The notes beneath the pieces were generated by a model. That model was not told where the DNA came from, made no database searches, and saw nothing but the letters and a program-made list of their open reading frames with translations. A DNA stretch of 57,511 nucleotides, counting the filler, from Jimgerdemannia flammicorona (Eukaryota), in NCBI GenBank assembly GCA_003990765.1. It is 3 parts of 3 records of this genome, joined end to end, with 100 filler letters (N's around TTAATTAATTAA, not from the genome) between each part and the next. Parts side by side here need not be neighbours in the genome. Positions count along the whole stretch, not along the records: positions 38,413 to 57,511 come from RBNJ01002031.1; 2 more parts are not named here. One strand, given 5' to 3'. Below are positions 38,413 through 50,638 of the stretch, in pieces (the first letter of the stretch is position 1; every line of letters starts with the position of its first letter). A program made the position numbers and the translations under genes.

Positions 38413-41400
38413 ATAAAAGACTACTTTTTCATTCACTATTACCACCCACCCACTACTCTGTTCACAGATCCCTTCCACCAGATAGCGACATTGTCCACCC
38501 TGAGGACCCCAACCTACCCACTACACAGTCAGCAAATCTCCCATCAATCCCTCCCATCTTAATAACTTCTCCTATATACCCATTTGCTGCTCCTCCTCAA
38601 AAACAAAGAGCTAATGTCCAGCCAGCCCTATCTATATAGCTAGGACCCACCCTACAGTGAGCCATCCATTGCCCACACCACCCACTAACTGAGATTTCAA
38701 ATCCTCCCAACGACCTCTCTCTCTATCTGGCCTCCTCTCTACATCCATCCAGTCCCCTACCACTATTCAAAAGTCCCCCAGAACCTCACACTCTCCCAGC
38801 CAATGTTCTGGTATCTGCACAAATCCCCCAACTTGCCCTATATTATAACACTCCTCACAATCTAATTATCCACCATCTACCAGATGTCTAGCATGGAAAT
38901 TCAACATGACATTCCTCTGCAGCATCTACCACCATACTACTCAGAACTTGGGAGGAAGCCACCTCCACACCTCAGCACTCCATGACCAGACTCCTGCCCA
39001 GTCCCACTCCTCACCAATCCTTACTACCTGCCAACTACTTAGCCATAGATCCTGACCAAGTCCCCACTGACACTCCACTCCTTCACTAATGTCAAATTCA
39101 GCAAGTGAAATACCCCCCTGAAGTGGTCTGCCCCATTGCCACATAGCTGGACCCCACAGCATCTCTCCCTCATTACTCTACCAGTACAGGCCTATTCAGT
39201 GTGCTCTATCCACCACTCCCCACCAGAAGCTCTTATATCATAGCCATCAGCTTCCATCTAGACCCACCAGAGATAACAAATCTCCTGATGACTCTTGTGG
39301 GGAGAATCTCATCTCTCATACCTTCTGCATCAGTAGTACCCAATCTCCACCCTGCAATTCAACAGCCCTTTTCAACCACCAAGCTCACAGGCAGTGCAGT
39401 CTCTTAGGAAAATCCACTAGGCCTAGCCCTCCCCTAACCACCAGTATTGCAAGAGTGTCCCAACTGATCTGGGACTGCCTCCCTGCCCAAATCCAATCTC
39501 TAGCCAGTTTCATCAATCTCTTCACCACCCAAGCTGGAAAGTCTAAATGATAAGCAACATACTATAGCTTGGAGAACCAGTAGACATTCAGAATTGACAC
39601 CCAGCCCACTAGGGAGATATGGTAACCTCCCCAACCTCTAAGAGCCTCCCCTCAAATTGCCACCCTCCTCTCCCACTATACCTATGGCAAGATAGATCCA
39701 TATACAGAAAGGAAGATGCCCAGATATCTCACTGCTTCTCCTGTAGGGACAATTATTCCAATGATGTCCCCTCCTACTAGTCTATTCTCCAGCACCATTG
39801 TCTCACACTTATGCTAGTTGAGTTTCACCCCAGAATGTGCCTTATACCATTCCACAGTCTCCTTAAGTATCTCAACATCTGCCACTGAGCCTAGTCCAAC
39901 TACCATATCATCTGCAAAGGCCCCCACCTTCCACACCACACTATACACAGAGAGCCCTGCCACCTTCTGTCATATCCTATCTATCAAAGGTTCTAACAAA
40001 AGGGTGTAGAGGATAGGAGACAATGGATCTCCCTGAGGAACTCCTCTTCCCAAGGAGAACACTAGACCCTGGTGACCATTACACATCAGAGCTGCCCTAC
40101 TTCTCTCCAACAGAGTCAATATAGAAGCTCAAAATTATAGGAGAATACTAATTCTATCCAGCACCTTGCCCAGCCACATCTACCAAATATAGTCATAGGC
40201 CTTTTCCTGGTCCAAAAAGACCAGTCTTCCATCCAATCCACAAGCCTGTGCTCCTTCAATAACACCATGAACCCAGGCAGTTCCATCTCTGATAAGCCTG
40301 TCTCTAATAAAGCCCTGCTGCTTCTCACCTAGCACCTGTTGGGCAACCTTCTGTAACCTTGCCACAATCACCTTGGTCACCATCTTCCTGTCTATATCTA
40401 GAAGTATGATCAGTCTCCAGTTCTTCCAGTCCTCTCTCCTCCTCTTGTTTTTGTATAACAAGGCTACCAACCCCAAGTTCTGCTCACTAACCCACTCGCC
40501 ATTTAGAAGAATATAGTCACAGAGGGCTGCCATCTCTCCTATCACTCCAGGAACCTTCACCATCTTCCTCCAAAAGTCCCAAGGTAACCCATCCTCTCCT
40601 GGCACTGTCCCAAGCTTAGTTGCTACAAGGACTCACTGGATCTCCTTCAGTACCCCCAAGATCTGTTGCATACTATACACTATTTCCCCCTCTGCATCAA
40701 GGACCCCATCTCATTGATGCCACACCCTCCTGGTCTAGAGGAGCCTTGACAAGTACCTAGTAGGCCTCTCCCCCTCCTCAAGCCCCTGCCACTATAACCT
40801 GGCCACCATTCCTCTCATATGCTTCTCCTCCTCCTCTCTCAACATCTGTTACAGCTCCATAACCTCCAATTTTGCACATGCCAACCTCCAATCATTGACC
40901 TCACCAGAGTTTAACAAATCTGCCCATTCTATCTGCAATCTAACCAACTGACTGGAAGCACACCTCACTCTTTTTCTTCTCTGCTTCCCTGCCTCTCTAC
41001 CAGTCCCTCCCCAGTAAACCTGTATAGCCTCTTTCAACTTTATCCATTGGATACCCACTGGCAAACCCTTATATGCCCAGCCAGCAATCTTCACTTAGAT
41101 GTCTTCCACCCATGGGTCCAACAAAATCTTCTCAGCCAGCAGGGAGGAGTTAAGGTGCCAATGTCCAGGTCCATCTCCACTCCCCCCAAACTGCCCCCAC
41201 TCCAAGAGACCCCAATGATCAGACCACAGGCACCACTCCACCTCTAGGGTCTTCCAAACATCAATTCCCCAGCACCCAGCTGTCAGGATCCAGTCAATCC
41301 TTGTACCCAGTCTATTCACCTAGTGCATGTAAATCCTCCTATCTCCCCACTCTGTCCTGCCCATATCCCCCAGAGAGCTAAGGTTCTCCACCTCCTCCCA

Positions 41401-44031
41401 CTTGTCTAGGCCATCACTCCTACCACCAGCACTCCTCCCTCCATCAGTCCTATCTAACTGAATATCCCACACCATATTAAAGTCTCCTCTCAGAATATCA
41501 ACCCTCTCCTTCATAAGAGTGCCCTCTTCCAAAGACCCTCAATTCATGCAATCCTCTCACCCCTAACTGCTGGGCAGTAGTAAGACCCAACCTTCACTGG
41601 CACCCACCCAGGCCTATGCTATTTCCCTCACACCAAACAGTCTCTCCAGCTTCTTATTCCATCTAAGTCCTCTTTACCACACTGCACCAAAATTGCCACT
41701 TTGCCAATCCAAGCTACAGTTCCTTCTCATTCTCTAGTTCATGTCTCCTGATTCCCATAATCCTCACATCAAACATCCTGTAGCAGAAAGAGATCAGCCT
41801 CCAAACCTTTAAGCTAATTAAAAATGTTCCTATACCACCCATATCCCTGTAGTCCATTCACATTCAGAGAGAAAATATTTATTATATTGTTCATTAGAAA
41901 TAATGTTTTTTAGAAGAAATATCCTGCCCATCCTCTACAAATCCACATACCTCTCCTTCTGTATTAAGTCTAAGTTGTGTTCAGCAGCCAAAGCCTCCTC
42001 TTTAACCTCTTTTGCCTCCAATCCCACCAGAAGTTCAGCCATCTCCTCATTCTTCTTTTCCTTGAAGTCCTCATGGTACTCCAGGCAGGCCTCCTGCCAG
42101 AGTCTCAGCCCATGCCACTCTGTCCAACAGAAGGCAGCCTGCTCACCTGCCAGCTTGGCCTCCCTCTCTTTATCAACCTCATACCCTTCCTCCTCTAGAA
42201 GAATTGCAAGCACCTCCACCTTCAGTATCTCCAAAACCCCATTACCCTGCAAGATCTGTGCCCAATGCTCCTCACTCATCACTCACAGGTCCACTTCACC
42301 CAACTCTTCAGCTGCAAAGTTGTTCATCATCTGGCATGGCCACAGTAGGTTCCCCACCTCCTTCCCCCCTGGAGTCATGGGCCTTCCAGCATCAAGCATT
42401 ATGGTATCAGCTACTGTACTTACAGTTTCATCCCACTCCTCCTCCATCACATCCACCAGCTCATCCTCACCAACTGCCACCACTTGTCCTCCTTTCACCA
42501 GCTCCAGAACTCCAAAATGCATCCACTGGGCTCTACACATTAGTACATCCTCTGCCACCCAGCTCCTTGCAGTAGGACCACACTTGATAAGAGAGGGGGT
42601 GCCATCAAAGTCCTGTTCCCAGACTTTGAACATACCATCCACATAAGGGTCACTGTGTGGTGGCTTCTCTGCTCTATCCTGACCCTCCTTGACCTCCCCT
42701 CCTCCCTTGCTGGCCCAGATACGTTTCTTGGCACCCCCTGACATCTCAACATCTCTCTCATTCTTCTTTGCTCCTCCTTCCATGCTTGCCAACAACTCCC
42801 TCTGCCTCTTGTACCCCTGAGCCCTCTCCCACTGCCTTTTGTCAGTGCAGATAGGTTTCCCATCCATGATCTTCAAATGCATTGAATCCACATACACCTT
42901 CCAGGCCTTAATCCTCCTCTCAATTGCTCCACTCCTCTCTTCCAGAGCCTTCAACAGATCCTCCTCCTCCTCTTCACTCCCTTTCACCCTTAACACCTTA
43001 TAGATGAAAGCCCCCCACAGCATAACCAAAGGCCAGTCACTTGCCTTCCCAGTGGCCTCTTTCTCAGTTAGCCAAATCCAGATGTCCACATCTCTAGTCC
43101 TGAAAGTAGTTCCCTCTTACATCTGAAATCCAATATCCACCACATCACCATACTCCACCATCACCTCCTCAACCCTATTCCTGGTCTCCATAGTCATCAC
43201 TGTTGATACCCCCTTCACCAGCAGCTGAACCACTCTGGGGTCCCACCTTAGGCACTGCACCATAGGTACCACCACCTCTCCTACAGCCACTCCAGTCTTC
43301 AATACCTCCTTCAGCAGACCTGCCTCCTCAAAACCCACCTCCACTTCCTCCAATTTCTTCAGGAACTTCATGGAGGCAGCTTCTGCCACCTGCTTTGAAA
43401 TAATCCCCAGGACCACCCTTGCTGTCACTGCTAGACCCCAGAAGCACAAGGTTGCCTCAAACTCTAAGATCAACTTCTTGAGTAACAGTGCTACTGTCAG
43501 CCCCATTATACTATTGGCCAGATCCACCTTCCTCCTTGGGCCCATCTGTCCAGCCCATCTATCAGCAGTCACATCTGGATTTTTTTCCAGATTTCCAGTC
43601 ATGCCACCATCAACAGTCCCCCCTTACTCCCAGCTGCTACTTCACTAGCTCTCCCCCCCACTGGCTGAGGTCCAGCCCCTCCCACTTCTCCTTCTCTCTG
43701 CTTCTTCTTCCCCTCCACCTGTCTGTCACAAGATCCAACAGACCATCCACTATTCTTCAATATATCTACAAAGCTCCTCTTCTTCTGTCCTCTGGTCTTT
43801 CTCTAGCATCACTACCACTGCCCGAACTGCCCTGCCCACTCAGGCCACTGAACAACCCCATTCCTAGTCCATACTCATATCTAATATGTTGCAAGTTGAA
43901 GGCTCCAGATCTACCCAACCTAGTATGTATGTTGGCTTACTTATTGATTGTCATTACCTTAGTATCTTTCTCTAATAAATACTTGAAAGTGTGTTGTAAA
44001 AGTGTGTGTAATGTGAGTGGTAACTGAGAAA
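38413..44031 (-). mobile_element. Near full-length L1/Tx1-like LINE, same family as 32038-38312, inserted in the gag of element D
   Basis: Colinear ORF1/ORF2 fragments (RGDFNMV, PGEDGLPWDFW, LDQEKAYD). A small internal deletion lies at ~40647. Confidence 0.92.
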
Positions 44032-44780
44032 GGTGGCATTGAACTTATCTCTGACAGATCCTCTGAGGCTGACAGATAGAAGGACTAATTGTACTTTAAT
44101 ATTGAGAGCTTATATAGTGGCAAATTGTATAAGATCTTCAATAAAGGTCAGGATTGAATCTTCAGTGGTAAATCTATAGAATGTGGGTAGATACATTTCC
44201 ATTTTATCTTGAATTCTTACAGAGATGACTCTTGTAGTCAGGGTAGTTATTATGATAGTTATTCATTATTCAGCTTAAAAGTAAGGAATTCTAATGATAT
44301 GTATTACCAGCTAATGAGTACTAAGTTGTCATATAGTAGGCACTGAGTTCTCTAAGTATATTAGATTCTCTTCAAGATATATCTCTTAGACCAACTACAA
44401 GTTTCTTATAAGTAAGTTTTATTGGAGTTCCTTTCCAAGATCTTATAGTTCTCAAACTTCTCATCTTTAAACTATTCTATTATCTCTTAGATTTACTTAT
44501 GTAAAATTGAGTAGAGGACTGAAACCTTTATACTCTTGAGTAGTTGGATACTTGAATGCTTGAGTGTTTTAATACTGACTTTATTTCAAAGGAAATGAGA
44601 GGGGTATTTATATAGAATATAATTCAATAATTACCAAGATATAAAGCCAAATATAAAATCCAATAATCAAATAAGATATTTAAATACAGAAAACTTCAAG
44701 TTGTAAGTACAAATTTAAGTATTGTACAATTGATTATACAAGATCAGAATGCTGGAATAATTTCTGATAGTTATATGAGG

Positions 44781-46317
44781 TGTCACGTAGTGGTCGCTGA
44801 GTCCTTCAAATATGCCAGATTCTCTTCAAGGTGTATCTCTTAGACTAACTCAAGTTTGTTATAAGCAAGTTCTTATTGGAGTGCCTTCCCAAGGTCTTAT
44901 AGTCCTCAAACTTCTTATCTTTAACTGTCTTGTTATCTCTTAGATTGCTTGCAAGGGATTGTGTGTATTGCACTGAGAGGAACTGACTTTATTTCAGAGG
45001 AAATAAGAGAGGTATTTATACAAAATATAATTCAATGGTTGCTAGGATATAAGCTAAATATAAATTCCAATAACTAAAACTACCAAGTTCCAGGGGTGGC
45101 ATTATTTAGTATCACATCAAAATGCCAGTACTGGAACAATTTCATATCACCTCAGAATACCAGTGCTGGCATTATCCAGTGTTATATGAGAATACTGGTG
45201 CTGGCATTATCTAGTGTAACATGAGAATACCGGTGCTAGCATTATCTAGTGTAACAAAGAACTTAGAGTAGAAAGTTCAGGATCATGGGGGCTTCATCAT
45301 CATCATCACTGAAGGAGATGAGATCTGCGAATTCATCATGTAGGTTACACATTTTGTGTATGTCGTGCGGGATGACGTCATTGATGATGATGTCATCACA
45401 TTCGGCTGTGGCGGGGAAATCAGGAACAAGGTCTGGAGCTCTCCAGTCTATGAGGTTCTCTTCCACAAAATAAGGAACAAATGTGGGGTCTTGGGAAGAT
45501 CTAACCCGGATGCTTGGGCCTTGGAATACTGAGATCAATCCTTGCAGGAATTGGTCTGGGTTGTCCTGAAGGATGGGGTGCCAGAAGTCTTCTACTTCTT
45601 CGCTGTTGAGGGTGATAGCAGACTGGGCTTCTGTAGCCACCCTGGCTTCTAGTACATTGATACAGCAGGATGACAGGTCTCTGAAGTCTGAGACTCTAAC
45701 ATACTCCAAGTTGGGGATCAACCATGGTGCATGCCTGAAGATCTGATGGATCTTCTTAGCTGTCCTCGTTTCACATATATCCATGGGAGTGGCATTTTGT
45801 AGCTCTTGGGTGCTGGCCTGTGGGAACTCCCGGCAGAGGAGGTTTCCTATTTTGTACTCCTGCCATATTTGGAGGCATTCGGTAGCAATGGTGATCCTTG
45901 TTTCCATTTCACAGTGGTAGAAAATGAAGTGATAAGGGTCTGCAGTACCCAGGTTGACACTAGGAGTCCTTCTTGAGCAGGTCCTCATGGCTCTTCTGAT
46001 GTCTTGAAACATTCTTTCTTTGACTGAGATACCTTGGTGGTTCCTTGACCTTGAGATTTGGTGGGTAGCAGGCATTTCATTTGTGATAAGTCTTTGAGCT
46101 ATTTTGGAATTAGTGGTTCTTGTTGGTTGCTGCTACTGTGGTTCCTTGATCCTTCTTTTATATTCTTCAGGATGCTTGTACTGTGGTCACAATGACTCAC
46201 AGTTGGTCATCATTGCTCATCTCGTATACTGTATAATCTTCTTGTGCTCCAATCTGGTGGCTTGCAAGGAAAGGCTGTCTCCTGTGCTGATGTCATTATT
46301 CTGGGGTCACTGTTATA
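44781..46317 (-). repeat. 3' LTR of element B
   Basis: Highly similar to 52013-53546; the differences inspected are mostly transitions. Confidence 0.95.
45263..46075 (-). CDS. LTR(U3)-encoded hypothetical protein, 270 aa
   Basis: Open frame inside the 3' LTR. A paralogue in the 5' LTR (52495-53304) has one stop, and a remnant lies in the element D LTR (~53610-54435). Confidence 0.7.
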   Translation of the reverse strand: MPATHQISRSRNHQGISVKERMFQDIRRAMRTCSRRTPSVNLGTADPYHFIFYHCEMETRITIATECLQIWQEYKIGNLLCREFPQASTQELQNATPMDICETRTAKKIHQIFRHAPWLIPNLEYVRVSDFRDLSSCCINVLEARVATEAQSAITLNSEEVEDFWHPILQDNPDQFLQGLISVFQGPSIRVRSSQDPTFVPYFVEENLIDWRAPDLVPDFPATAECDDIIINDVIPHDIHKMCNLHDEFADLISFSDDDDEAPMILNFLL

Positions 46318-46451
46318 TCTTCCTCCTGAATAAGGATCTTCCTGAGCATCCTTATTCATTGGTCCAGTCCTGAAAAATTTTCTGATCCCATAACCTCTGG
46401 CAAGGGGTCGAAAAGTGGTGTTTATGGGCTGGTATCTTCTCTTTGTATTTT

Positions 46452-46672
46452 GGCATGATGGTGAAGGGTCGCTCCCTTCATATAGAGCAAGGGCCTGATT
46501 CTGATCTTGACCAATCAGTTGATGGTTCGAACTCCTCTGACTTCGAAAGTCTCACAGATGAGTAGTTGCCAGTGCCGTATCCCTTAGAGAATGGTCCAGA
46601 CAGATAGCCTGCTGGTTACAAGACATGCTGTTATGATTCATGGACTAGAACCTCATGGGCGGTCATCATGTT
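46452..46672 (+). ncRNA. Candidate structured RNA motif, copy B
   Basis: Same blocks and helices as 19533-19761. Confidence 0.6.
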
Positions 46673-49600
46673 TTGCTTCTCTTGTAAGGGTTTATAGTAC
46701 TTCTTGAGTCTGTTCTTATGTACTGTGGTGGCAGTATGGTCCCTGAGATTTTCCTAAGTCAGAAGGTAGTTCCCTTGATATCTTGCACGTAGAAGGGTCC
46801 TTCCCATTTGGGCTCCAGTTTTCACAACCATGAGGCTTCTACCATATTTCAATACAGTAGAACCTTTTCTCCAATTCGGATAGGTTCTAGGGCCTTGTGA
46901 TTCTTTTCTGCATTCTTCCTTGTCAGTACTTGTGACTTGGTGATGTAATCTTCAGCCTTCTTCCTGATTTGGTGTAGTCTCCAGATTTCTGCATCAACCT
47001 ATCTCCAAGTTAGGTCTAGATTTGTGGCTGAGGTTCCATCAGAATCTTCTTCTCTGAAGAGCAGCTCTCTTGGGGTAAAATGTGTGCTCTGTGACTGTAT
47101 GTCTCGTAGGACAGAGAGGGCAGTTGGGAGATAGTTATCCCAATTCTCATATGTCTCTGAGATCTTCACTAGGATGTTCTTGAGGGTCTTGTTGGTTCTT
47201 TCTGTCTGTCCATTTTCTTGAGAGTGGTATGCAGTAGTCTTGATGTGCTGGATCTTGTATTTCTGATACATTACCTCATAGAATCCATTGACAAATTCTG
47301 TTCCATGGTCTGTTGTGATTTGCTTTGGTGTCTTGTAGCAGCAGATGATTTCTCGGTACAGGAAGTCAGCTATAGAGAGGGCATTGGCTTTTTGTAATGC
47401 TCCTGCCTCTATCCATTTGGTGAAGAGGTCTACAATAACTATAATATAGTGGTTTCCTGATAGTGTTACTGGTAGTGGTCCAATGATATCCATTGCGATG
47501 TGGTGGAAGGGGATAGGCTCAATTCTTGATGACCCAGATGCCTGGTCTTGCTGATCTTATTTCTGTTTTTGGCACTTGTCACACACTTTGACAAATTGGC
47601 ACAGGTCTTCTTCCATCTTGGGCCACCACATGGTTCTTCTTGCCTTATTGTATGTGTTGGTTCCTCCTAAGTGTCCTTACTCATGTACTTCCTTCATTAC
47701 TTGATACTTCTTGTATTCAGGTATTACTAGCTTTCCTCCTTTTCTGAGTGTAGTGTTGTCTAATTCAAACTGTTTCCAAGTCCAGTTGATGATAGTGATT
47801 GTCCAGGGTTCGAGGTGGTTGGGCATCTTCCGCTGCCCAAGGTAGCTGATTAATCCATAGTATAGCTCCTTATTTATGTTGAATAGTCTTGATGGGGGTG
47901 TTTTGGGGTGTCCTCGAGAGTGCATCAGTGTTGGTATTGGTCTTTCCTAAGCGGTGCTTGACAGTACAGTCATACTCTTGTAGCCTGTAGATCCATCTGG
48001 TATATATTCCTTTGGGGTTCAGAGTGTGGAATAGCCAGGCAAGAGCAGAATGGTCTGTTTGAATGGTGAAGTGTTTCCCAGCTAGGTAGTAGTGGAACTT
48101 GTCTACTGCCCAGACTACTGCTAAGCATTCAAGCTTGCATGACTCATAGTTCTGTTCTGCTCTGCAGGTACCTTGGCTTGCATAGGAGATGACATATTCA
48201 TGTCCATCTTTCTTCTGAGCTAGGACTGCTCCAAGTTCTATAGTACTTGCATCTGTCTGCAGGATGAATTCTAGGTTCCAGTCTGGTCTTCTGAGGATGG
48301 GTGCTTGGGTCAACCTGGTCTTGAGTTCATTGAAGATTTCTTGGCACTCCTTGGTCCATTCGAATTTAGTCTCCTTCTTCAGTAGCTCGTAGATAGGTGC
48401 TGTAATGTTGGAGTATCCTTTGATGAATCTTCTGTAGTAGCTGGCCAGTCCAAGGAAGGCGTGGACTTCTGTGGTTGTTCTGGGTCTTGGGTAGGCTGCA
48501 ACAGCCTTGATCTTCATGGGGTCTGTGTGGATTCCAGTCTGGTTGATGAGGTGTCCTAGGTAGGCAATTTCTTGAGCTGCAAACTTGCATTTCTTGGGTT
48601 TGATGTAGAGGCCATGCTCCTTGAGCCTCTTGAGGGCTAGCTGTATGTGATTGACATATTCCTGTGCTGTATTGCTAAAGATGATCACATTATCAACATA
48701 GATAAAGAGCCATTTTCCAATCTCATTGCTGAAGACTCTGTTCATCGTTCGCTGGAAACTTGCTGGGGTATTGCACATTCCAAATGGCATTCGCAGGTAG
48801 ATATAGGTGGCATCAGGTGTGATGAAGGCTGATTTCTCACTGGTATCTTGAGTGAGACTGATCTGATGGAAGTCTGAGAACAGATCTAAGGTGGTGTAGT
48901 ATTTGGCTTCACTTCCAAGGGTGGTAAGGATTTCTTGAATATTTGGCAAGGGCTGCCTATCCTTCTTGGTGATGGCATTGAGCTTCCTGTAGTCAATACA
49001 GAGTCTTGGTACAAACTCTCCAGACTTGCTTCCTTTCTTCAGGGCTAGGACAATAGGTGAGGCCCAGGGCCTGATAGCTTGCTTGATGATTCCGGCTTCT
49101 TCCATTTCCTTGAGTTCTGCTTGCAGCCACTCTCTGTAGGCAGGTGGTATGGGTCTGGCTTTCTGGTAGATGGGCTTGGTATCACTGGTGTCAACTTCAT
49201 GATAGTACTTGGGTTCTTGATTGTGGATATCCCTAAAGTCTGTAGCAAGTACTCCTTCATTCTGGTGCAAGATCTTGAGAAGTTGTTCCTCCAGGGGAAA
49301 GTTTTCTCTAATGGTATATATGTGCTTGTTCTGGTCCTTGTCTTTCTTGTGCTCAAGTTCAGTAATCTTGATAGTAGCATAGGCTCCTCTTCCAGTAGAT
49401 CCAAAGCCTTGTTCTCCTCTCTTGGTCTTGATAAGTTTGATGGCTTCTATGATCTTTGGCTTCTTGACTTTGTGGATCAGTTTCTGGCCAATCCTGTCAT
49501 GCTTCTTGACTTCGAAGGGGGTGGTGTGGTTGTGATTTCTGACTATGAGAAAGATCTCGCCAGTGTAATCAGGGTCAATTACTCCTCCTTCAACTGAGAT

Positions 49601-50635
49601 TTCACTTTTTGCCAGACTGCTCCTGGTCTTGATAATTCCGGCATGGTTTTCTGGTAACTTGACTCCAATTCCAGTGCCAAGTAGGGTGGTGGTCTGTGGT
49701 TCGAGAGTAGCATCTTGAATGCTGGCAAGGTCCATTCCTATGGCTCCTTCAGTCTTGTATTCTGGGATCTTGGCTTCAGGGTGAAACTTCTTGACCTTGA
49801 GGGTGATGTCTGATTCTTGTTCCTCCTCATTGTCACTGTCAGCTTGAAGCTCTGGGGGCTGGTCATCTTCTTTGGCTTTCCTTTTTGCTTCGGTGGCTTC
49901 TTGCTCATGTTTCTATTGGCAGATTTTCCTGACATCACTGATACAGGACCAGCAGTCATTCAGGTGTTCAGAGCAGTACATCTTAGTCCCATGGGGGTAT
50001 CTTCCTTGAGGGGCATAGCCATTGATGATCTTATTGTACCACTGCTCATCTGTGAGCTTGGGTGTCTTGCTCTTTTTCTTGTTCACCGAGTGCATGAAGA
50101 CCTCTGTGTCTTCTTCATCTCTTTCCTCCATGTCTGGTAGGACTCCTTTGTGAACATTGATAGAGACTCATACCTTTCTTCCTCTGTAGTTGATCTGCAT
50201 CTTCTGGGCATTGAGGTCAATGATGGTCTTGGCCTTGTGAAGCCATTTGTTGCCAATGAGAATGTCATAGTTGGTGGCACTTATAACAATCACATCTACT
50301 GGGATGGTGGCTCCTCCTATCTTGATAGGGACTTCTCAGATTTTGCCAAGGGGGGTAGCTCATGTACCATCTGCTGTGACATAGACCATCTTGGTGGACT
50401 CTTCAATGTCCCAACCTAGGCGGTCAATTGCCTTCTTGCTCATGAGGTATCCTCCAGCACCAGTATCAATGATGGCATCAAAGATACAGTCTTTGATCTG
50501 GCAGGGGGTATAGGCTGATATCTTGCGCTGGTCTTTGGATTCTTCACCTGAGTTCTTGGATTCTTCCTGTGCATTGTGAGCTTCTACAATCTTGTACTCT
50601 TGATTCTTGGTGGTAGTTGCAAGTCCTACTCTCAA
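46631..50635 (-). pseudogene. pol: pol of element B (PR, dUTPase, RT, RNase H, IN), with several stops
   Basis: AIIDTGAGG (PR). ORF 47870-49735 carries dUTPase, RT (LCIDYRKLN, YVDN) and RH (TDAS, TDHSAL, DALSR). ORF 46999-47493 is the rve integrase core, and GPF follows near 46790. Confidence 0.95.
49390..49800 (-). CDS. dut: dUTPase domain between protease and RT in element B (in frame with RT)
   Basis: PEAKIPEYKTEGAIGMDL..GTGI..KTRSSLA..GGVIDPDYTGE..DRIGQ..RGEQGFGSTG. Confidence 0.93.
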
Positions 50636-50638
50636 CTG

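Noticed and set aside
46452..46672. Assigning the RNA motif to hammerhead, hairpin, HDV, group I/II intron, RNase P/MRP or tRNA
   Set aside because: There is no CUGAUGA/GAAA core, no group I P7 G-site and no domain V. RNase P-like words (GAGCAAGG.CC, AGAACC) lack the P4 pairing. TTCGAAC resembles a T-loop/B-box but there is no cloverleaf.
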